The notes: generated by a model not told the origin, from the sequence alone. A stretch of 64,000 bases of DNA from Escherichia coli (GCF_003019035.1 NZ_CP027447.1), one strand, 5' to 3'. Shown: positions 15,641 through 28,811, numbered from the stretch's first letter. Made by a program: numbers and translations.

Positions 15641-15727
15641 GTCAAGCATTTTTTTGCTTTTCTCTGTTGAGATTCTCAGAAGAACCCCGCTGACCCGGCG
15701 GCGTGTTTGCCGTTGTTCCGTGTCAGT

Positions 15728-15850
15728 GGTGGCGCATTATAGGGAGTTATTCCGGCCTGACAAGCGAAAAATATAAAAACTTTATCGTTCGCTCATTTTT
15801 CAGGCAAAACATCTTAAATATAGTCTTTTCCGTCTAACTTATAGACAAAA
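15728..15850 (-). promoter_or_regulatory. rrn P1 promoter with GC-rich discriminator plus upstream AT-rich UP element/FIS region
   Basis: Reverse complement TTGTCAGGCCGGAATAACTCCCTATAATGCGCCACC (classic rrn P1 -35/-10 with GCGC discriminator); AT-rich tract immediately upstream. Confidence 0.85.
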
Positions 15851-15875
15851 ACGAGCCCCGAAGGGCTCGTTTTAT
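15848..15875 (-). terminator. Rho-independent terminator of clpB
   Basis: Minus-strand transcript AAAACGAGCCCTTCGGGGCTCGTTTTTG directly after the clpB stop. Confidence 0.8.
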
Positions 15876-15877
15876 CA

Positions 15878-18451
15878 TTACTGGACGGCGACAATCCGGT
15901 CTTCATTAACTTCCAGGCGAATAACTTTACCCGGAACCAATTCACCAGACAGTATTTGCTGTGCCAACGGGTTTTCGATCTGCTGCTGGATAGCACGTTT
16001 CAAAGGACGTGCACCATAGACTGGATCGTAACCGTTCTCGCTCAGCAGTTTCAGCGCCTCGTCAGAAATGTGGATTTCATAACCACGTTCTTCCAGACGT
16101 TTGTACAGACGTTTCAACTGAATCTGCGCAATCGAGGCAATGTGCTGTTCGCCCAGCGGATGGAAGACCACCACTTCATCGATACGGTTAATGAACTCCG
16201 GACGGAAGTTATGGCTTACCACACCGAGCACCAGCTCTTTCATATGCGCATAATCCAGTTCACCGAAGCGTTCCTGAATCAAATCGGAACCGAGGTTAGA
16301 GGTCATAATGACAACCGTATTACGGAAGTCGACCGTTCTCCCCTGCCCGTCAGTCAGACGCCCATCATCCAATACCTGCAACAGAATGTTGAAGACATCC
16401 GGATGCGCTTTTTCCACTTCATCCAGCAGGATAACGGAATACGGACGACGACGCACCGCTTCGGTCAGGTAGCCACCTTCTTCATAACCAACATATCCCG
16501 GAGGCGCACCAACCAGACGAGACACCGAGTGTTTCTCCATAAACTCGGACATATCGATACGGACCATCGCCTCGTCGCTATCAAACATAAAGTTCGCCAG
16601 CGCCTTACAAAGCTCAGTTTTCCCCACACCCGTTGGGCCGAGGAACAGGAATGAACCAATCGGGCGATTTGGATCCGCCAGCCCCGCACGGCTACGACGA
16701 ATAGCGTTAGATACCGCATCAACCGCTTCGTTCTGACCAATAACGCGATGGTGCAGTTCTTGCTCCATACGCAGCAGTTTTTCGCGCTCGCTTTCCATCA
16801 TGCGAGAAACCGGAATCCCCGTCCAACGCGCCAGCACTTCAGCAATTTCGGCATCGGTCACTTTATTACGCAACAGACGCATAGTTTTGCCTTCGAGCTG
16901 CGTTGCGGCTTCCAGTTGCTTTTCCAGTTCCGGGATTTTGCCGTATTGCAGTTCAGACATCCGCGCCAGGTCACCCACACGGCGAGCCTGTTCAATAGCG
17001 ATTTTCGCCTGTTCCAGTTCCGCTTTAATGGTCTGCGTACCAGAAAGCGATGCTTTCTCTGCTTTCCACTCTTCTTCTAACTCGGAGTACTGACGTTCTT
17101 TGTCGCTCAGTTCTTCGTTGAGCATATCCAGGCGTTTTTTACTGGCTTCATCAGACTCTTTCATTAACGCCTGTTGTTCCAGTTTGAGCTGGATGATACG
17201 GCGATCGAGTCGGTCGAGTTCTTCTGGTTTTGAGTCAATCTGCATACGAATGCTGGATGCTGCCTCATCGATCAGGTCGATGGCTTTATCTGGCAGCTGG
17301 CGGTCAGCAATGTAGCGATGAGACAACGTCGCCGCTGCAACAATTGCCGGGTCAGTAATTTGCACATGGTGGTGCAGCTCGTAACGTTCTTTCAGGCCAC
17401 GTAGAATCGCAATGGTATCTTCAACAGAAGGCTCGGCAACAAACACTTTCTGGAAACGACGTTCCAGCGCAGCATCTTTTTCGATGTACTGGCGATATTC
17501 GTCAAGCGTCGTGGCACCTACGCAGTGCAATTCACCACGCGCCAGCGCCGGTTTCAGCATGTTTCCGGCGTCCATTGCGCCATCGGCTTTACCCGCGCCG
17601 ACCATGGTATGTAATTCGTCGATAAACAGGATGACGTTGCCTTCCTGTTTGGCAAGATCGTTAAGTACGCCTTTTAAACGTTCTTCAAACTCACCGCGAT
17701 ATTTCGCCCCAGCCACCAGCGCGCCCATATCCAGCGCCAGTACGCGGCGGCCTTTCAACCCTTCGGGCACTTCGCCGTTGATAATACGCTGCGCCAGACC
17801 TTCAACGATGGCAGTCTTACCGACGCCTGGTTCACCAATCAGTACCGGGTTATTTTTAGTACGACGTTGCAGCACCTGAATGGTACGGCGAATTTCTTCA
17901 TCACGACCAATCACCGGATCGAGTTTACCCTGTTCGGCTCGTTCGGTAAGGTCGATGGTATATTTTTTCAAAGCCTGACGTTGGTCTTCAGCACCTTGAT
18001 CGTTCACGCTTTCACCTCCACGCATTTGTTCAATCGCTTGAGTAATGTTGGCGGTGGTCGCCCCTGCTGCTTTCAGGATGTCGGCCAGCGTGCCGCGAGA
18101 CTCAAGTGCCGCCAGAACGAACAGTTCTGACGAGATAAAGTTATCACCACGTTTTTGCGCCAGCTTGTCGCAAAGATTAAGAACGCGCACCAGATCCTGT
18201 GATGGCTGGACATCACCACCAGTACCTTCAACCTGCGGTAAACGATTTAATGCCTGATTGATATCTGTGCGCAACTGGCCAGCATTTATGCCAGCGGATG
18301 TTAATAAAGGACTAACCGAACCCCCTTCCTGATTCAGCAGGGCGCTCATTAAATGAAGTGGTTCGATGAATTGGTTGTCGTGCCCGAGTGCAAGTGATTG
18401 GGCATCGGCAAGAGCAAGCTGGAATTTATTAGTAAGACGATCCAGACGCAT
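15878..18451 (-). CDS. clpB: Hsp100 disaggregase chaperone ClpB
   Basis: ORF trimmed to [18 protein letters not shown] (857 aa); two AAA+ modules with Walker A motifs GEPGVGKT and GPTGVGKT and a long coiled-coil middle domain. Confidence 0.97.
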
Positions 18452-18487
18452 AACTCCTCCCATAACGGATCAAAGTTGCTACTGGAG

Positions 18488-18520
18488 ATTAAATGAGGTC
18501 ATCCCTCAATTATTCAAGGT
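18488..18520 (-). promoter_or_regulatory. Sigma-32 heat-shock promoter of clpB
   Basis: Minus strand reads CTTGAA-N14-CCTCATTTA upstream of the clpB start, resembling the sigma-32 consensus CTTGAAA/CCCCATNT. Confidence 0.6.
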
Positions 18521-18580
18521 TATTGACCAGATTAATGTGAAAAGAAAATCACGCGTACCGGATCGTCTTGATTCTTTAGG

Positions 18581-19312
18581 TTATATCAGCCAAATGAAAC
18601 TTGCCATACGACCGGTGGTCTTGTCGCGACGATAAGAGAAGAAAGTCTCATTTTCCGTATATGTACAACGGTCGCCGCCGAAAATTTGTTCAACACCAAC
18701 GCTCGCCAGACGCTGCCGGGCAAGCTGATAAATGTCCGCCAGATACTTATCACCATGCTGAATGAAAGCTGTACTCGCTTCGGCGTCTACTGCCATAAAC
18801 GCCTCGCGAACCTCCGCCCCCACTTCAAACGCGCGTGGACCAATTGCCGGCCCTAACCAGGCGAGAATATTTTCTGGATTATCAGCAAAACAGGAAACTG
18901 TCTCTTCCAGCACGCCTGCGCACAGTCCACGCCAGCCAGCATGAGCGGCGGCGACTTCCGTTCCCGCTCGATTGCAAAACAGCACAGGGAGGCAGTCGGC
19001 AGTCATCACTGCGCAAACCGTGCCGGGCGTATTGCTATAAGAGGCATCTGCTCGTTTTGAGGCATAAGGTTCGCCAGTAAGCTTAAGCACATCTTTGCCG
19101 TGTACCTGCTCAAGCCAGACCGGTTTAGAAGGCAAATTGCCCGCAGCAAAAAGTCGCTTGCGATTCTCCTCAACGTGATCCGGGTTATCGCCACAATGGG
19201 CACCGAGGTTGAGCGAGTCATACGGGGGCAAGCTCACGCCGCCGATACGAGTAGAGCTACAGGCCGCAACACCTTTTGGCAGCGGCCACTGCGGGACAAT
19301 CAGCTTACTCAT
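18581..19312 (-). CDS. pgeF: Purine nucleoside phosphorylase/polyphenol oxidase-like protein YfiH (PgeF)
   Basis: 243-aa ORF MSKLIVPQWPLPKGVAACSSTRIGGVS...; DUF152/YfiH family. Confidence 0.92.
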   Translation of the reverse strand: MSKLIVPQWPLPKGVAACSSTRIGGVSLPPYDSLNLGAHCGDNPDHVEENRKRLFAAGNLPSKPVWLEQVHGKDVLKLTGEPYASKRADASYSNTPGTVCAVMTADCLPVLFCNRAGTEVAAAHAGWRGLCAGVLEETVSCFADNPENILAWLGPAIGPRAFEVGAEVREAFMAVDAEASTAFIQHGDKYLADIYQLARQRLASVGVEQIFGGDRCTYTENETFFSYRRDKTTGRMASFIWLI

Positions 19313-20289
19313 AACCAGTCCACTTCATCTTTATGCTCTTCGAAATCGGCGCGCATCACCTCAATCAGCTCCACCATATCTTGTGGAATAGGCGCATGCC
19401 ATTCCATTTCGATACCGGAGATCGGGTGATAAAGACGCAGCATGGTTGCATGAAGCGCCTGGCGGTCAAATTTACGCAGCGTGGAGATAAACGCTTCCGA
19501 AGCACCTTTTGGCGGACGCGGACGGCCACCATAAACCGGATCGCCCACCAGCGGATGAGTGATATGGGCCATATGCACGCGGATCTGGTGCGTACGTCCA
19601 GTTTCCAGACGCAACCGCAGACGCGTGTGCACACGGAAGTGTTCCATGATGCGATAGTGAGTCACCGCTGGTTTGCCCATCGGATGCACCGCCATATGGG
19701 TACGTTTGGTCGGGTGGCGGCTGATTGGTTCATCTACTGTACCGCCAGCGGTCATATGACCAATTGCCACCGCTTCATACTCACGAGTAATTTCACGCCT
19801 TTGCAAAGATTCGACTAAACGCGTCTGAGCCGGAACGGTTTTTGCCACAACCATCAGGCCAGTGGTGTCTTTATCCAGACGATGGACGATGCCTGCACGC
19901 GGTACATCGGCAATGGGCGGATAATAATGAAGCAATGCATTCAGTACCGTGCCATCCGGGTTACCCGCGCCAGGATGTACCACCAGGTCGCGCGGTTTAT
20001 TAATGACGATGATATCGTCATCTTCATAGACGATATCCAGCGGGATATCCTGCGGTTCAAAACGCGCTTCTTCTTCAATCTCAGCGTTGATGGCAACCTG
20101 CTCGCCACCCAATACTTTTTCTTTCGGCTTATCACAAACTTTGCCGTTAACCAGCACGCGCTGGTCGAGGATCCATTCTTTTATCCGCGAACGTGAATAA
20201 TCCGGGAACATTTCGGCCAAAGCCTGATCTAAGCGTTGACCGAGTTGGTTTTCGGACACCGTTGCAGTGAGCTGTACTCGTTGTGCCAT
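19309..20289 (-). CDS. rluD: 23S rRNA pseudouridine(1911/1915/1917) synthase RluD
   Basis: 326-aa ORF with S4 domain N-terminus and RluA-family catalytic motif (HRLDKDTTGLMVVAKT); 4-bp overlap with yfiH. Confidence 0.95.
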   Translation of the reverse strand: MAQRVQLTATVSENQLGQRLDQALAEMFPDYSRSRIKEWILDQRVLVNGKVCDKPKEKVLGGEQVAINAEIEEEARFEPQDIPLDIVYEDDDIIVINKPRDLVVHPGAGNPDGTVLNALLHYYPPIADVPRAGIVHRLDKDTTGLMVVAKTVPAQTRLVESLQRREITREYEAVAIGHMTAGGTVDEPISRHPTKRTHMAVHPMGKPAVTHYRIMEHFRVHTRLRLRLETGRTHQIRVHMAHITHPLVGDPVYGGRPRPPKGASEAFISTLRKFDRQALHATMLRLYHPISGIEMEWHAPIPQDMVELIEVMRADFEEHKDEVDWL

Positions 20290-20423
20290 ATATACTGCTT
20301 CTTCGTTTATCGTTGGGGTTTTACGGCTTTGCCGTTTAATATAGTGTGCTATTGTAGCTGGTCTTAACCGGGAGCAGGAACAGAGAATCTCCCGTATTAC
20401 ATTTTGAGGAAAGTCAAAACGTC

Positions 20424-21161
20424 ATGACGCGCATGAAATATCTGGTGGCAGCCGCCACACTAAGCCTGTTTTTGGCGGGTTGCTCGGGGTCAAAGGAAGA
20501 AGTACCTGATAATCCGCCAAATGAAATTTACGCGACTGCACAACAAAAGCTGCAGGACGGTAACTGGAGACAGGCAATAACGCAACTGGAAGCGTTAGAT
20601 AATCGCTATCCGTTTGGTCCGTATTCGCAGCAGGTGCAGCTGGATCTCATCTACGCCTACTATAAAAACGCCGATTTGCCGTTAGCACAGGCTGCCATCG
20701 ATCGTTTTATTCGCCTTAACCCGACCCATCCGAATATCGATTATGTCATGTACATGCGTGGCCTGACCAATATGGCGCTGGATGACAGTGCGCTGCAAGG
20801 GTTCTTTGGCGTTGACCGTAGCGATCGCGATCCTCAACATGCACGAGCTGCGTTTAGTGACTTTTCCAAACTGGTGCGCGGCTATCCGAACAGTCAGTAC
20901 ACCACCGATGCCACCAAACGTCTGGTATTCCTGAAAGATCGTCTGGCGAAATATGAATACTCCGTTGCCGAGTACTATACAGAACGTGGTGCATGGGTTG
21001 CCGTCGTTAACCGCGTAGAAGGCATGTTGCGCGACTACCCGGATACCCAGGCTACGCGTGATGCGCTGCCGCTGATGGAAAATGCATACCGTCAGATGCA
21101 GATGAATGCGCAAGCTGAAAAAGTAGCGAAAATCATCGCTGCAAACAGCAGCAATACATAA
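20424..21161 (+). CDS. bamD: Outer membrane protein assembly factor BamD (YfiO), TPR lipoprotein
   Basis: 245 aa, lipobox LAGCSG, TPR-like repeats; matches BamD. Confidence 0.95.
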
Positions 21162-21180
21162 CAAAAACCTGAAACACAAA

Positions 21181-21208
21181 ACGGCAGCCCTTGAGCTGCC
21201 GTTTTTTT
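21181..21208 (+). terminator. Rho-independent terminator after bamD
   Basis: cggcagcccttgagctgccg hairpin followed by ttttttt. Confidence 0.8.
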
Positions 21209-21377
21209 ATTCTGTTAGTTGTGAAACTGAAGCGATTTAGTCACTATCGATCTCATCAAATATGGCTCGCTTTGAGATATTCCTCAAGTAAAAAAACACC
21301 TCTTCCTGCGATTTCTCACAAAAAAGATTCGTTGACAAAAAGTGACAAAATTATGAGATTCCCATCACACATTTTGA

Positions 21378-21773
<396 letters not shown>

Positions 21774-21796
21774 TCCTTTATATTGAGTGTATCGCC

Positions 21797-21821
21797 AACG
21801 CGCCTTCGGGCGCGTTTTTTG
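21797..21821 (+). terminator. Rho-independent terminator after raiA
   Basis: aacgcgccttcgggcgcgtt hairpin followed by tttttg. Confidence 0.8.
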
Positions 21822-21876
21822 TTGACAGCGTGAAAACAGTACGGGTACTGTGCTAAAGTCACTTAAGGAAACAAAC

Positions 21877-21924
21877 ATGAAACACACACCGTTTTTCTTC
21901 GCATTCTTTTTTACCTTCCCCTGA
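21877..21924 (+). CDS. pheL: pheA leader peptide (Phe-rich attenuation peptide)
   Basis: atg aaa cac aca ccg ttt ttc ttc gca ttc ttt ttt acc ttc ccc tga = MKHTPFFFAFFFTFP, 7 Phe in 15 codons. Confidence 0.9.
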   Translation: MKHTPFFFAFFFTFP

Positions 21925-21971
21925 ATGGGAGGCGTTTCGTCGTGTGAAACAGAATGCGAAGACGAACAATA

Positions 21972-21999
21972 AGGCCTCCCAAATCGGGGGGCCTTTTTT
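21972..21999 (+). terminator. pheA attenuator terminator
   Basis: aggcctcccaaatcggggggcct hairpin followed by tttttt between pheL and pheA. Confidence 0.85.
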
Positions 22000-22022
22000 A
22001 TTGATAACAAAAAGGCAACACT

Positions 22023-23183
22023 ATGACATCGGAAAACCCGTTACTGGCGCTGCGAGAGAAAATCAGCGCGCTGGATGAAAAATTATTAGCATTACTGGCA
22101 GAGCGACGCGAACTGGCCGTCGAGGTGGGAAAAGCCAAACTGCTCTCGCATCGCCCGGTACGTGATATTGATCGTGAACGCGATTTGCTGGAAAGATTAA
22201 TTACGCTCGGTAAAGCGCACCATCTGGACGCCCATTACATTACTCGCCTGTTCCAGCTCATCATTGAAGATTCCGTATTAACTCAGCAGGCTTTGCTCCA
22301 GCAACATCTCAATAAAATTAATCCGCACTCAGCACGCATCGCTTTTCTCGGCCCCAAAGGTTCTTATTCCCATCTTGCGGCGCGCCAGTATGCTGCCCGT
22401 CACTTTGAGCAATTCATTGAAAGTGGCTGCGCCAAATTTGCCGATATTTTTAATCAGGTGGAAACCGGCCAGGCCGACTATGCCGTCGTACCGATTGAAA
22501 ATACCAGCTCCGGTGCCATAAACGACGTTTACGATCTGCTGCAACATACCAGTTTGTCGATTGTTGGCGAGATGACGTTAACTATCGATCATTGTTTGTT
22601 GGTCTCCGGCACTACTGATTTATCCACCATCAATACGGTCTACAGCCATCCGCAGCCATTCCAGCAATGCAGCAAATTCCTTAATCGTTATCCGCACTGG
22701 AAGATTGAATATACCGAAAGTACGTCTGCGGCAATGGAAAAGGTTGCACAGGCAAAATCACCGCATGTTGCTGCGTTGGGAAGCGAAGCTGGCGGCACTT
22801 TGTACGGTTTGCAGGTACTGGAGCGTATTGAAGCGAATCAGCGACAAAACTTCACCCGATTTGTGGTGTTGGCACGTAAAGCCATTAACGTTTCTGACCA
22901 GGTTCCGGCGAAAACGACGTTGTTAATGGCGACCGGACAACAAGCTGGTGCACTGGTTGAAGCGTTGCTGGTACTGCGCAACCACAGTCTAATTATGACC
23001 CGTCTGGAATCACGTCCGATTCACGGTAATCCGTGGGAAGAGATGTTTTATCTGGATATTCAGGCCAATCTTGAATCAGCGGAAATGCAAAAAGCATTGA
23101 AAGAGTTAGGGGAAATCACCCGTTCGATGAAGGTATTGGGCTGTTACCCAAGTGAGAACGTAGTGCCTGTTGATCCAACCTGA
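22023..23183 (+). CDS. pheA: Bifunctional chorismate mutase/prephenate dehydratase (P-protein)
   Basis: 386 aa [39 protein letters not shown]... with C-terminal ACT regulatory region. Confidence 0.96.
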
Positions 23184-23191
23184 TGAAAAAG

Positions 23192-23219
23192 TGCCGGATG
23201 ATGTGAATCATCCGGCACT
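23192..23219. terminator. Bidirectional terminator between convergent pheA and tyrA
   Basis: gccggatgatgtgaatcatccggc hairpin. Confidence 0.7.
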
Positions 23220-23225
23220 GGATTA

Positions 23226-24347
23226 TTACTGGCGATTGTCATTCGCCTGACGCAATAACACGCGGCTTTCACTCTGAAAACGCTGTGCGTAATCGCCGAA
23301 CCAGTGCTCCACCTTGCGGAAACTGTCAATAAACGCCTGCTTATCGCCCTGCTCCAGCAACTCAATCGCCTCGCCGAAACGCTTATAGTAACGTTTGATT
23401 AACGCCAGATTACGCTCTGACGACATAATAATGTCGGCATACAGTTGCGGATCCTGGGCAAACAGTCGCCCAACCATCGCCAGCTCAAGGCGGTAAATCG
23501 GCGAAGAAAGCGCCAGAAGTTGCTCAAGCTGAACATTTTCTTCTGCCAGGTGCAGCCCATAAGCAAAAGTAGCAAAGTGGCGCAGTGCCTGAATAAACGC
23601 CATATTCTGATCGTGCTCGACAGCGCTAATACGATGCAGCCGAGCGCCCCAGACCTGAATTTGCTCCAGAAACCATTGGTATGCTTCCGGCTTACGTCCA
23701 TCACACCAGACCACAACTTGTTTTGCCAGGCTACCGCTGTCCGGGCCGAACATCGGGTGTAACCCCAGCACCGGACCATCATGCGCCGCCAGCATGGCCT
23801 GTAATGGCCCATTTTTCACTGATGCCAGATCGACCAGAATACAATCTTTCGGTAAAGGCGGTAATTTGCCGATAACTTGCTCAGTAACGTGGATTGGCAC
23901 ACTAACAATCACCATTCCGGCATCGGCAACAATATCAGCCGCTCGATCCCAGTCATGTTGCTCCAGAATCCGCACCTGATAACCCGAGAGTGCCAGCATC
24001 TTCTCGAACAGACGTCCCATCTGACCGCCACCACCGACGATAACCACCGGACGCAGTGACGGACAAAGCGTTTTAAATCCTTTGTCGTTTTCACTGGAGT
24101 AAGATTCACGCATCACCCGACGCAAAACATCCTCAATCAGATCTGGCGGTACACCCAGAGCTTCCGCCTCTGCACGCCGCGAGGCCAGCATAGATGCCTC
24201 GCGCTCCGGAACATAAATAGGCAGTCCAAAGCGGCTTTTCACCTCGCCAACTTCAGCAACCAGTTCCAGACGCTTCGCTAATAAATTCAGCAGCGCTTTA
24301 TCGACTTCATCAATTTGATCGCGTAATGCGGTCAATTCAGCAACCAT
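23226..24347 (-). CDS. tyrA: Bifunctional chorismate mutase/prephenate dehydrogenase (T-protein)
   Basis: 373 aa [37 protein letters not shown]... Confidence 0.96.
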   Translation of the reverse strand: MVAELTALRDQIDEVDKALLNLLAKRLELVAEVGEVKSRFGLPIYVPEREASMLASRRAEAEALGVPPDLIEDVLRRVMRESYSSENDKGFKTLCPSLRPVVIVGGGGQMGRLFEKMLALSGYQVRILEQHDWDRAADIVADAGMVIVSVPIHVTEQVIGKLPPLPKDCILVDLASVKNGPLQAMLAAHDGPVLGLHPMFGPDSGSLAKQVVVWCDGRKPEAYQWFLEQIQVWGARLHRISAVEHDQNMAFIQALRHFATFAYGLHLAEENVQLEQLLALSSPIYRLELAMVGRLFAQDPQLYADIIMSSERNLALIKRYYKRFGEAIELLEQGDKQAFIDSFRKVEHWFGDYAQRFQSESRVLLRQANDNRQ

Positions 24348-24357
24348 AATAAACCTC

Positions 24358-25428
24358 TTAAGCCACGCGAGCCGTCAGCTGCCCGTTCAGATCCTGATGA
24401 ATTTCACGCAGCAAGGCATCGGTCATTTCCCAACTAATGCAGGCATCGGTTACGGATACACCGTATTTCATTTCACTGCGCGGTTGCTCGGAAGACTGAT
24501 TGCCCTCGTGGATATTACTTTCGATCATCAGACCAATAATTGAGCGATTGCCATCTTTGATTTGAGCAACCACGGATTCTGCCACCGCAGGCTGACGGCG
24601 ATAATCTTTATTGGAATTACCGTGGCTGCAATCTACCATCAGAGACGGGCGCAGTCCCGCCTGTTCCATCTCTTTTTCACATTGCGCAACATCCGCAGGG
24701 CTATAGTTCGGCGCTTTACCACCGCGCAGGATCACATGCCCGTCCGGATTTCCCTGAGTTTGTAGTAACGCAACCTGCCCTGCCTGGTTAATGCCAACAA
24801 AACGGTGCGGCTGCGCGGCGGCGCGCATAGCGTTAATTGCCGTTGCCAGACTGCCATCGGTGCCGTTTTTAAAACCAACCGGCATGGAAAGCCCGGAGGC
24901 CATTTCACGGTGAGTTTGCGATTCCGTTGTACGAGCACCAATTGCTGACCAGCTAAACAGATCGCCCAGGTATTGCGGGCTATTAGGATCTAACGCTTCC
25001 GTCGCCAGTGGCAGTCCCATATTCACCAGCTCAAGCAGCAATTTACGCGCGATCTGCAGCCCGGCTTCTACATCAAAAGAGCCATCCATATGGGGATCGT
25101 TAATCAACCCTTTCCAACCGACAGTGGTACGGGGTTTTTCAAAATAGACGCGCATTACCAGATAGAGGCTATCGCTGACCTCTGCGGCAAGGGCTTTAAA
25201 TCGACGAGCATATTCCAGAGCAGTTTCCGGATCATGAATGGAACAAGGACCACATACTACCAACAGACGAGGATCGCGCCCGGCGATAATATCTGAAATG
25301 GTTTTACGCGAGTCAGCAATCTGGGCTTCCTGTTGCAGGCTTAATGGAAAAGCGGCCTTCAGTTGTTCCGGAGTCATTAAAACTTGTTCGTCGGTAATAT
25401 GTACGTTATTCAGCGCGTCTTTTTGCAT
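24358..25428 (-). CDS. aroF: Tyr-sensitive 3-deoxy-D-arabino-heptulosonate-7-phosphate (DAHP) synthase
   Basis: ORF trimmed to [24 protein letters not shown] (356 aa); class I DAHP synthase. Confidence 0.95.
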   Translation of the reverse strand: MQKDALNNVHITDEQVLMTPEQLKAAFPLSLQQEAQIADSRKTISDIIAGRDPRLLVVCGPCSIHDPETALEYARRFKALAAEVSDSLYLVMRVYFEKPRTTVGWKGLINDPHMDGSFDVEAGLQIARKLLLELVNMGLPLATEALDPNSPQYLGDLFSWSAIGARTTESQTHREMASGLSMPVGFKNGTDGSLATAINAMRAAAQPHRFVGINQAGQVALLQTQGNPDGHVILRGGKAPNYSPADVAQCEKEMEQAGLRPSLMVDCSHGNSNKDYRRQPAVAESVVAQIKDGNRSIIGLMIESNIHEGNQSSEQPRSEMKYGVSVTDACISWEMTDALLREIHQDLNGQLTARVA

Positions 25429-25519
25429 GATGGCGATCCTGTTTATGCTCGTTTGCGATAGTTGATCCTCAGCGAGGATGACGTAACGATAACACATAAA
25501 GTAAAGTTTTCAATCCATA

Positions 25520-25545
25520 TTTCGTACATTTTTCTTTACACAAGC
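25520..25545 (-). promoter_or_regulatory. Candidate TyrR box upstream of aroF
   Basis: Minus strand TGTAAAGAAAAATGTACG resembles TGTAAA-N6-TTTACA; aroF-tyrA is TyrR-regulated in E. coli. Confidence 0.45.
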
Positions 25546-25637
25546 AATTTATTCGCGCTTTTAACCCTTGTTTATGTATAAATAAATTTACACCACCTTT
25601 GAAAACAATCCGCTATGCTTTGAAAAAGGAGAAAGAA

Positions 25638-26003
25638 ATGATGAAAAAGTTTATCGCCCCCTTGTTGGCTTTACTGGTTAGCGGATGTCAGATTGATCCT
25701 TATACTCACGCGCCAACCTTGACCAGCACCGACTGGTATGATGTTGGTATGGAAGATGCGATATCGGGCAACGCCATAAAAGATGACGATGCATTTAGCG
25801 ATTCACAGGCGGATCGCGGTCTATACCTTAAAGGATATGCCGAAGGACAAAAGAAAACTTGCCAGACCGATTTTACTTATGCCCGAGGACTTTCCGGTAA
25901 AAGCTTTCCTGCCAGCTGCAACAATGTTGAAAATGCCAGCCAACTGCATGAAGTATGGCAAAAAGGGGCTGATGAAAATGCCAGCACAATACGATTAAAT
26001 TAA
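25638..26003 (+). CDS. yfiL: Lipoprotein YfiL
   Basis: Start chosen at MMKKFIAPLLALLVSGCQ (lipobox LVSGC) after an aggag-like RBS; 121 aa. Confidence 0.8.
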   Translation: MMKKFIAPLLALLVSGCQIDPYTHAPTLTSTDWYDVGMEDAISGNAIKDDDAFSDSQADRGLYLKGYAEGQKKTCQTDFTYARGLSGKSFPASCNNVENASQLHEVWQKGADENASTIRLN

Positions 26004-26152
26004 TTAAACCCCCACAAATAAATTAAACATGAGATTCTACTCATTGTGTTTTATTTCTCACATTGATGACGACCGCATGAAAGAATGATATTTTAATGAG
26101 CATTCTGAAAAAATATCGATGCATTTCGAGCGAAGATGGTGAGGATCCCTGA

Positions 26153-26671
26153 ATGCGTTTTTCTCACCGACTGTTCTTACTGCTGATTCTCCTGCTGACG
26201 GGAGCACCAATACTCGCTCAGGAACCTTCTGACGTTGCGAAAAACGTGCGTATGATGGTTTCCGGTATTGTCAGTTACACCCGCTGGCCTGCGCTATCAG
26301 GGCCACCAAAGTTATGTATCTTTTCATCTTCACGTTTTAGTACCGCCTTACAAGAAAATGCTGCTACATCTTTGCCTTATCTACCTGTCATCATTCACAC
26401 TCAACAAGAGGCGATGATTTCAGGCTGCAATGGTTTTTATTTTGGCAACGAGTCACCGACATTCCAGATGGAATTAACCGAACAATATCCGTCAAAGGCG
26501 TTATTATTAATTGCCGAACAAAATACCGAGTGCATTATTGGTAGCGCCTTTTGTCTAATCATCCACAATAATGACGTCAGATTTGCCGTAAACCTGGATG
26601 CCTTATCGCGTAGCGGTGTAAAGGTCAACCCGGATGTCTTAATGCTCGCACGGAAGAAAAATGATGGATAA
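26153..26671 (+). CDS. yfiR: Periplasmic repressor of diguanylate cyclase YfiN/DgcN
   Basis: 172 aa with signal peptide [23 protein letters not shown]; first gene of the yfiRNB cluster. Confidence 0.9.
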
Positions 26672-27887
26672 CGATAATTCTCTTAATAAGCGCCCCACGT
26701 TTAAAAGAGCATTACGCAACATCAGTATGACCAGCATATTTATCACTATGATGCTGATCTGGTTGCTGCTTTCCGTGACCTCGGTGCTGACCCTGAAACA
26801 GTACGCGCAAAAAAACCTGGCACTGACAGCAGCAACAATGACTTACAGTCTGGAAGCAGCGGTCGTTTTTGCCGATGGCCCTGCAGCAACTCAAACACTG
26901 GCAGCGCTGGGGAAGCAAGGGCAATTTTCAACTGCAGAAGTGCGTGATAAGCAGCAAAATATTCTGGCATCCTGGCATTACACCCGTAAGGATCCAGGCG
27001 ATACTTTCAGTAATTTCATAAGCCACTGGCTCTTCCCTGCCCCCATCATTCAGCCGATTCGTCACAATGGTGAAACCATTGGCGAAGTTCGCTTAACCGC
27101 TCGCGACAGTTCAATCAGCCATTTCATCTGGTTTTCGCTCGCTGTCCTGACCGGTTGTATTCTGCTGGCATCAGGCATCGCAATTACCCTCACCCGCCAT
27201 TTGCACAATGGTCTGGTTGAAGCGTTAAAAAACATCACCGATGTCGTACATGATGTGCGTTCCAACCGCAATTTTTCCCGACGAGTTTCGGAAGAACGTA
27301 TCGCTGAGTTTCACCGCTTCGCTCTCGACTTCAACAGTCTGCTGGATGAAATGGAAGAGTGGCAGCTTCGTTTACAGGCCAAAAATGCGCAGCTTCTACG
27401 TACCGCGCTACATGACCCATTAACCGGGCTGGCTAACCGCGCAGCGTTTCGTAGCGGCATCAACACGTTGATGAACAATTCCGATGCCCGAAAAACGTCG
27501 GCGTTACTATTTCTTGATGGCGATAATTTCAAATATATCAATGATACCTGGGGTCATGCGACGGGCGATAGAGTCTTGATTGAAATAGCAAAACGGTTAA
27601 CTGAATTTGGCGGGCTGCGACATAAAGCATACCGCCTGGGCGGCGATGAATTCGCTATGGTGCTCTATGATGTACAATCGGAATCTGAAGTGCAGCAGAT
27701 ATGCTCAGCACTGACACAAATTTTTAATCTCCCGTTTGATCTTCATAATGGCCATCAGACTACCATGACATTAAGCATTGGTTACGCGATGACCATTGAG
27801 CACGCCTCTGCGGAAAATTTACAAGAGCTTGCCGATCACAATATGTATCAGGCCAAACACCAGCGTGCCGAAAAGCTGGTGAGATAA
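26661..27887 (+). CDS. dgcN: Membrane diguanylate cyclase DgcN (YfiN) with HAMP and GGDEF domains
   Basis: 408 aa; GGDEF active-site motif RLGGDEF present; overlaps the yfiR stop. Confidence 0.93.
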
Positions 27888-27902
27888 CAAGGATATATCG
27901 AT

Positions 27903-28385
27903 ATGATAAAGCACCTGGTAGCCCCCCTGATTTTCACCTCGCTAATACTTACTGGCTGCCAGTCCCCTCAGGGAAAGTTTACTCCTGAGCAAGTCGCCGC
28001 TATGCAATCTTATGGATTTACTGAATCCGCCGGCGACTGGTCGCTGGGCTTATCAGATGCCATTCTGTTCGCAAAAAATGACTACAAATTGCTCCCGGAA
28101 AGCCAGCAACAAATCCAAACCATGGCAGCCAAATTGGCCTCGACAGGGCTAACACATGCCCGTATGGATGGACACACCGACAACTATGGTGAAGACAGTT
28201 ACAACGAAGTCTTATCATTAAAACGGGCGAATGTCGTGGCCGATGCATGGGCTATGGGTGGACAAATTCCGCGCAGCAATCTCACCACACAGGGTTTAGG
28301 AAAAAAATATCCCATAGCCAGTAACAAGACCGCCCAGGGCCGCGCCGAGAACCGCCGCGTCGCAGTGGTGATTACAACCCCTTAA
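27903..28385 (+). CDS. yfiB: OmpA-family outer-membrane lipoprotein YfiB
   Basis: 160 aa, lipobox LILTGCQ, C-terminal OmpA-like peptidoglycan-binding region (NRRVAVVI). Confidence 0.93.
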   Translation: MIKHLVAPLIFTSLILTGCQSPQGKFTPEQVAAMQSYGFTESAGDWSLGLSDAILFAKNDYKLLPESQQQIQTMAAKLASTGLTHARMDGHTDNYGEDSYNEVLSLKRANVVADAWAMGGQIPRSNLTTQGLGKKYPIASNKTAQGRAENRRVAVVITTP

Positions 28386-28460
28386 AACACGAGCAAACAG
28401 ATAAAAAAGGGCCAGCCAATTGGCCAGCCCTTCTTAACAGGATGTCGCTTAAGCGAAATC

Positions 28461-28811
<351 letters not shown>

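Noticed and set aside
15956-18257. Long antisense ORFs within clpB (for example 15956-16654, 17412-17879)
   Set aside because: Antisense to a highly conserved chaperone gene, Ser/Arg-rich as expected from reverse-frame translation of GC-rich coding sequence; no independent signals.
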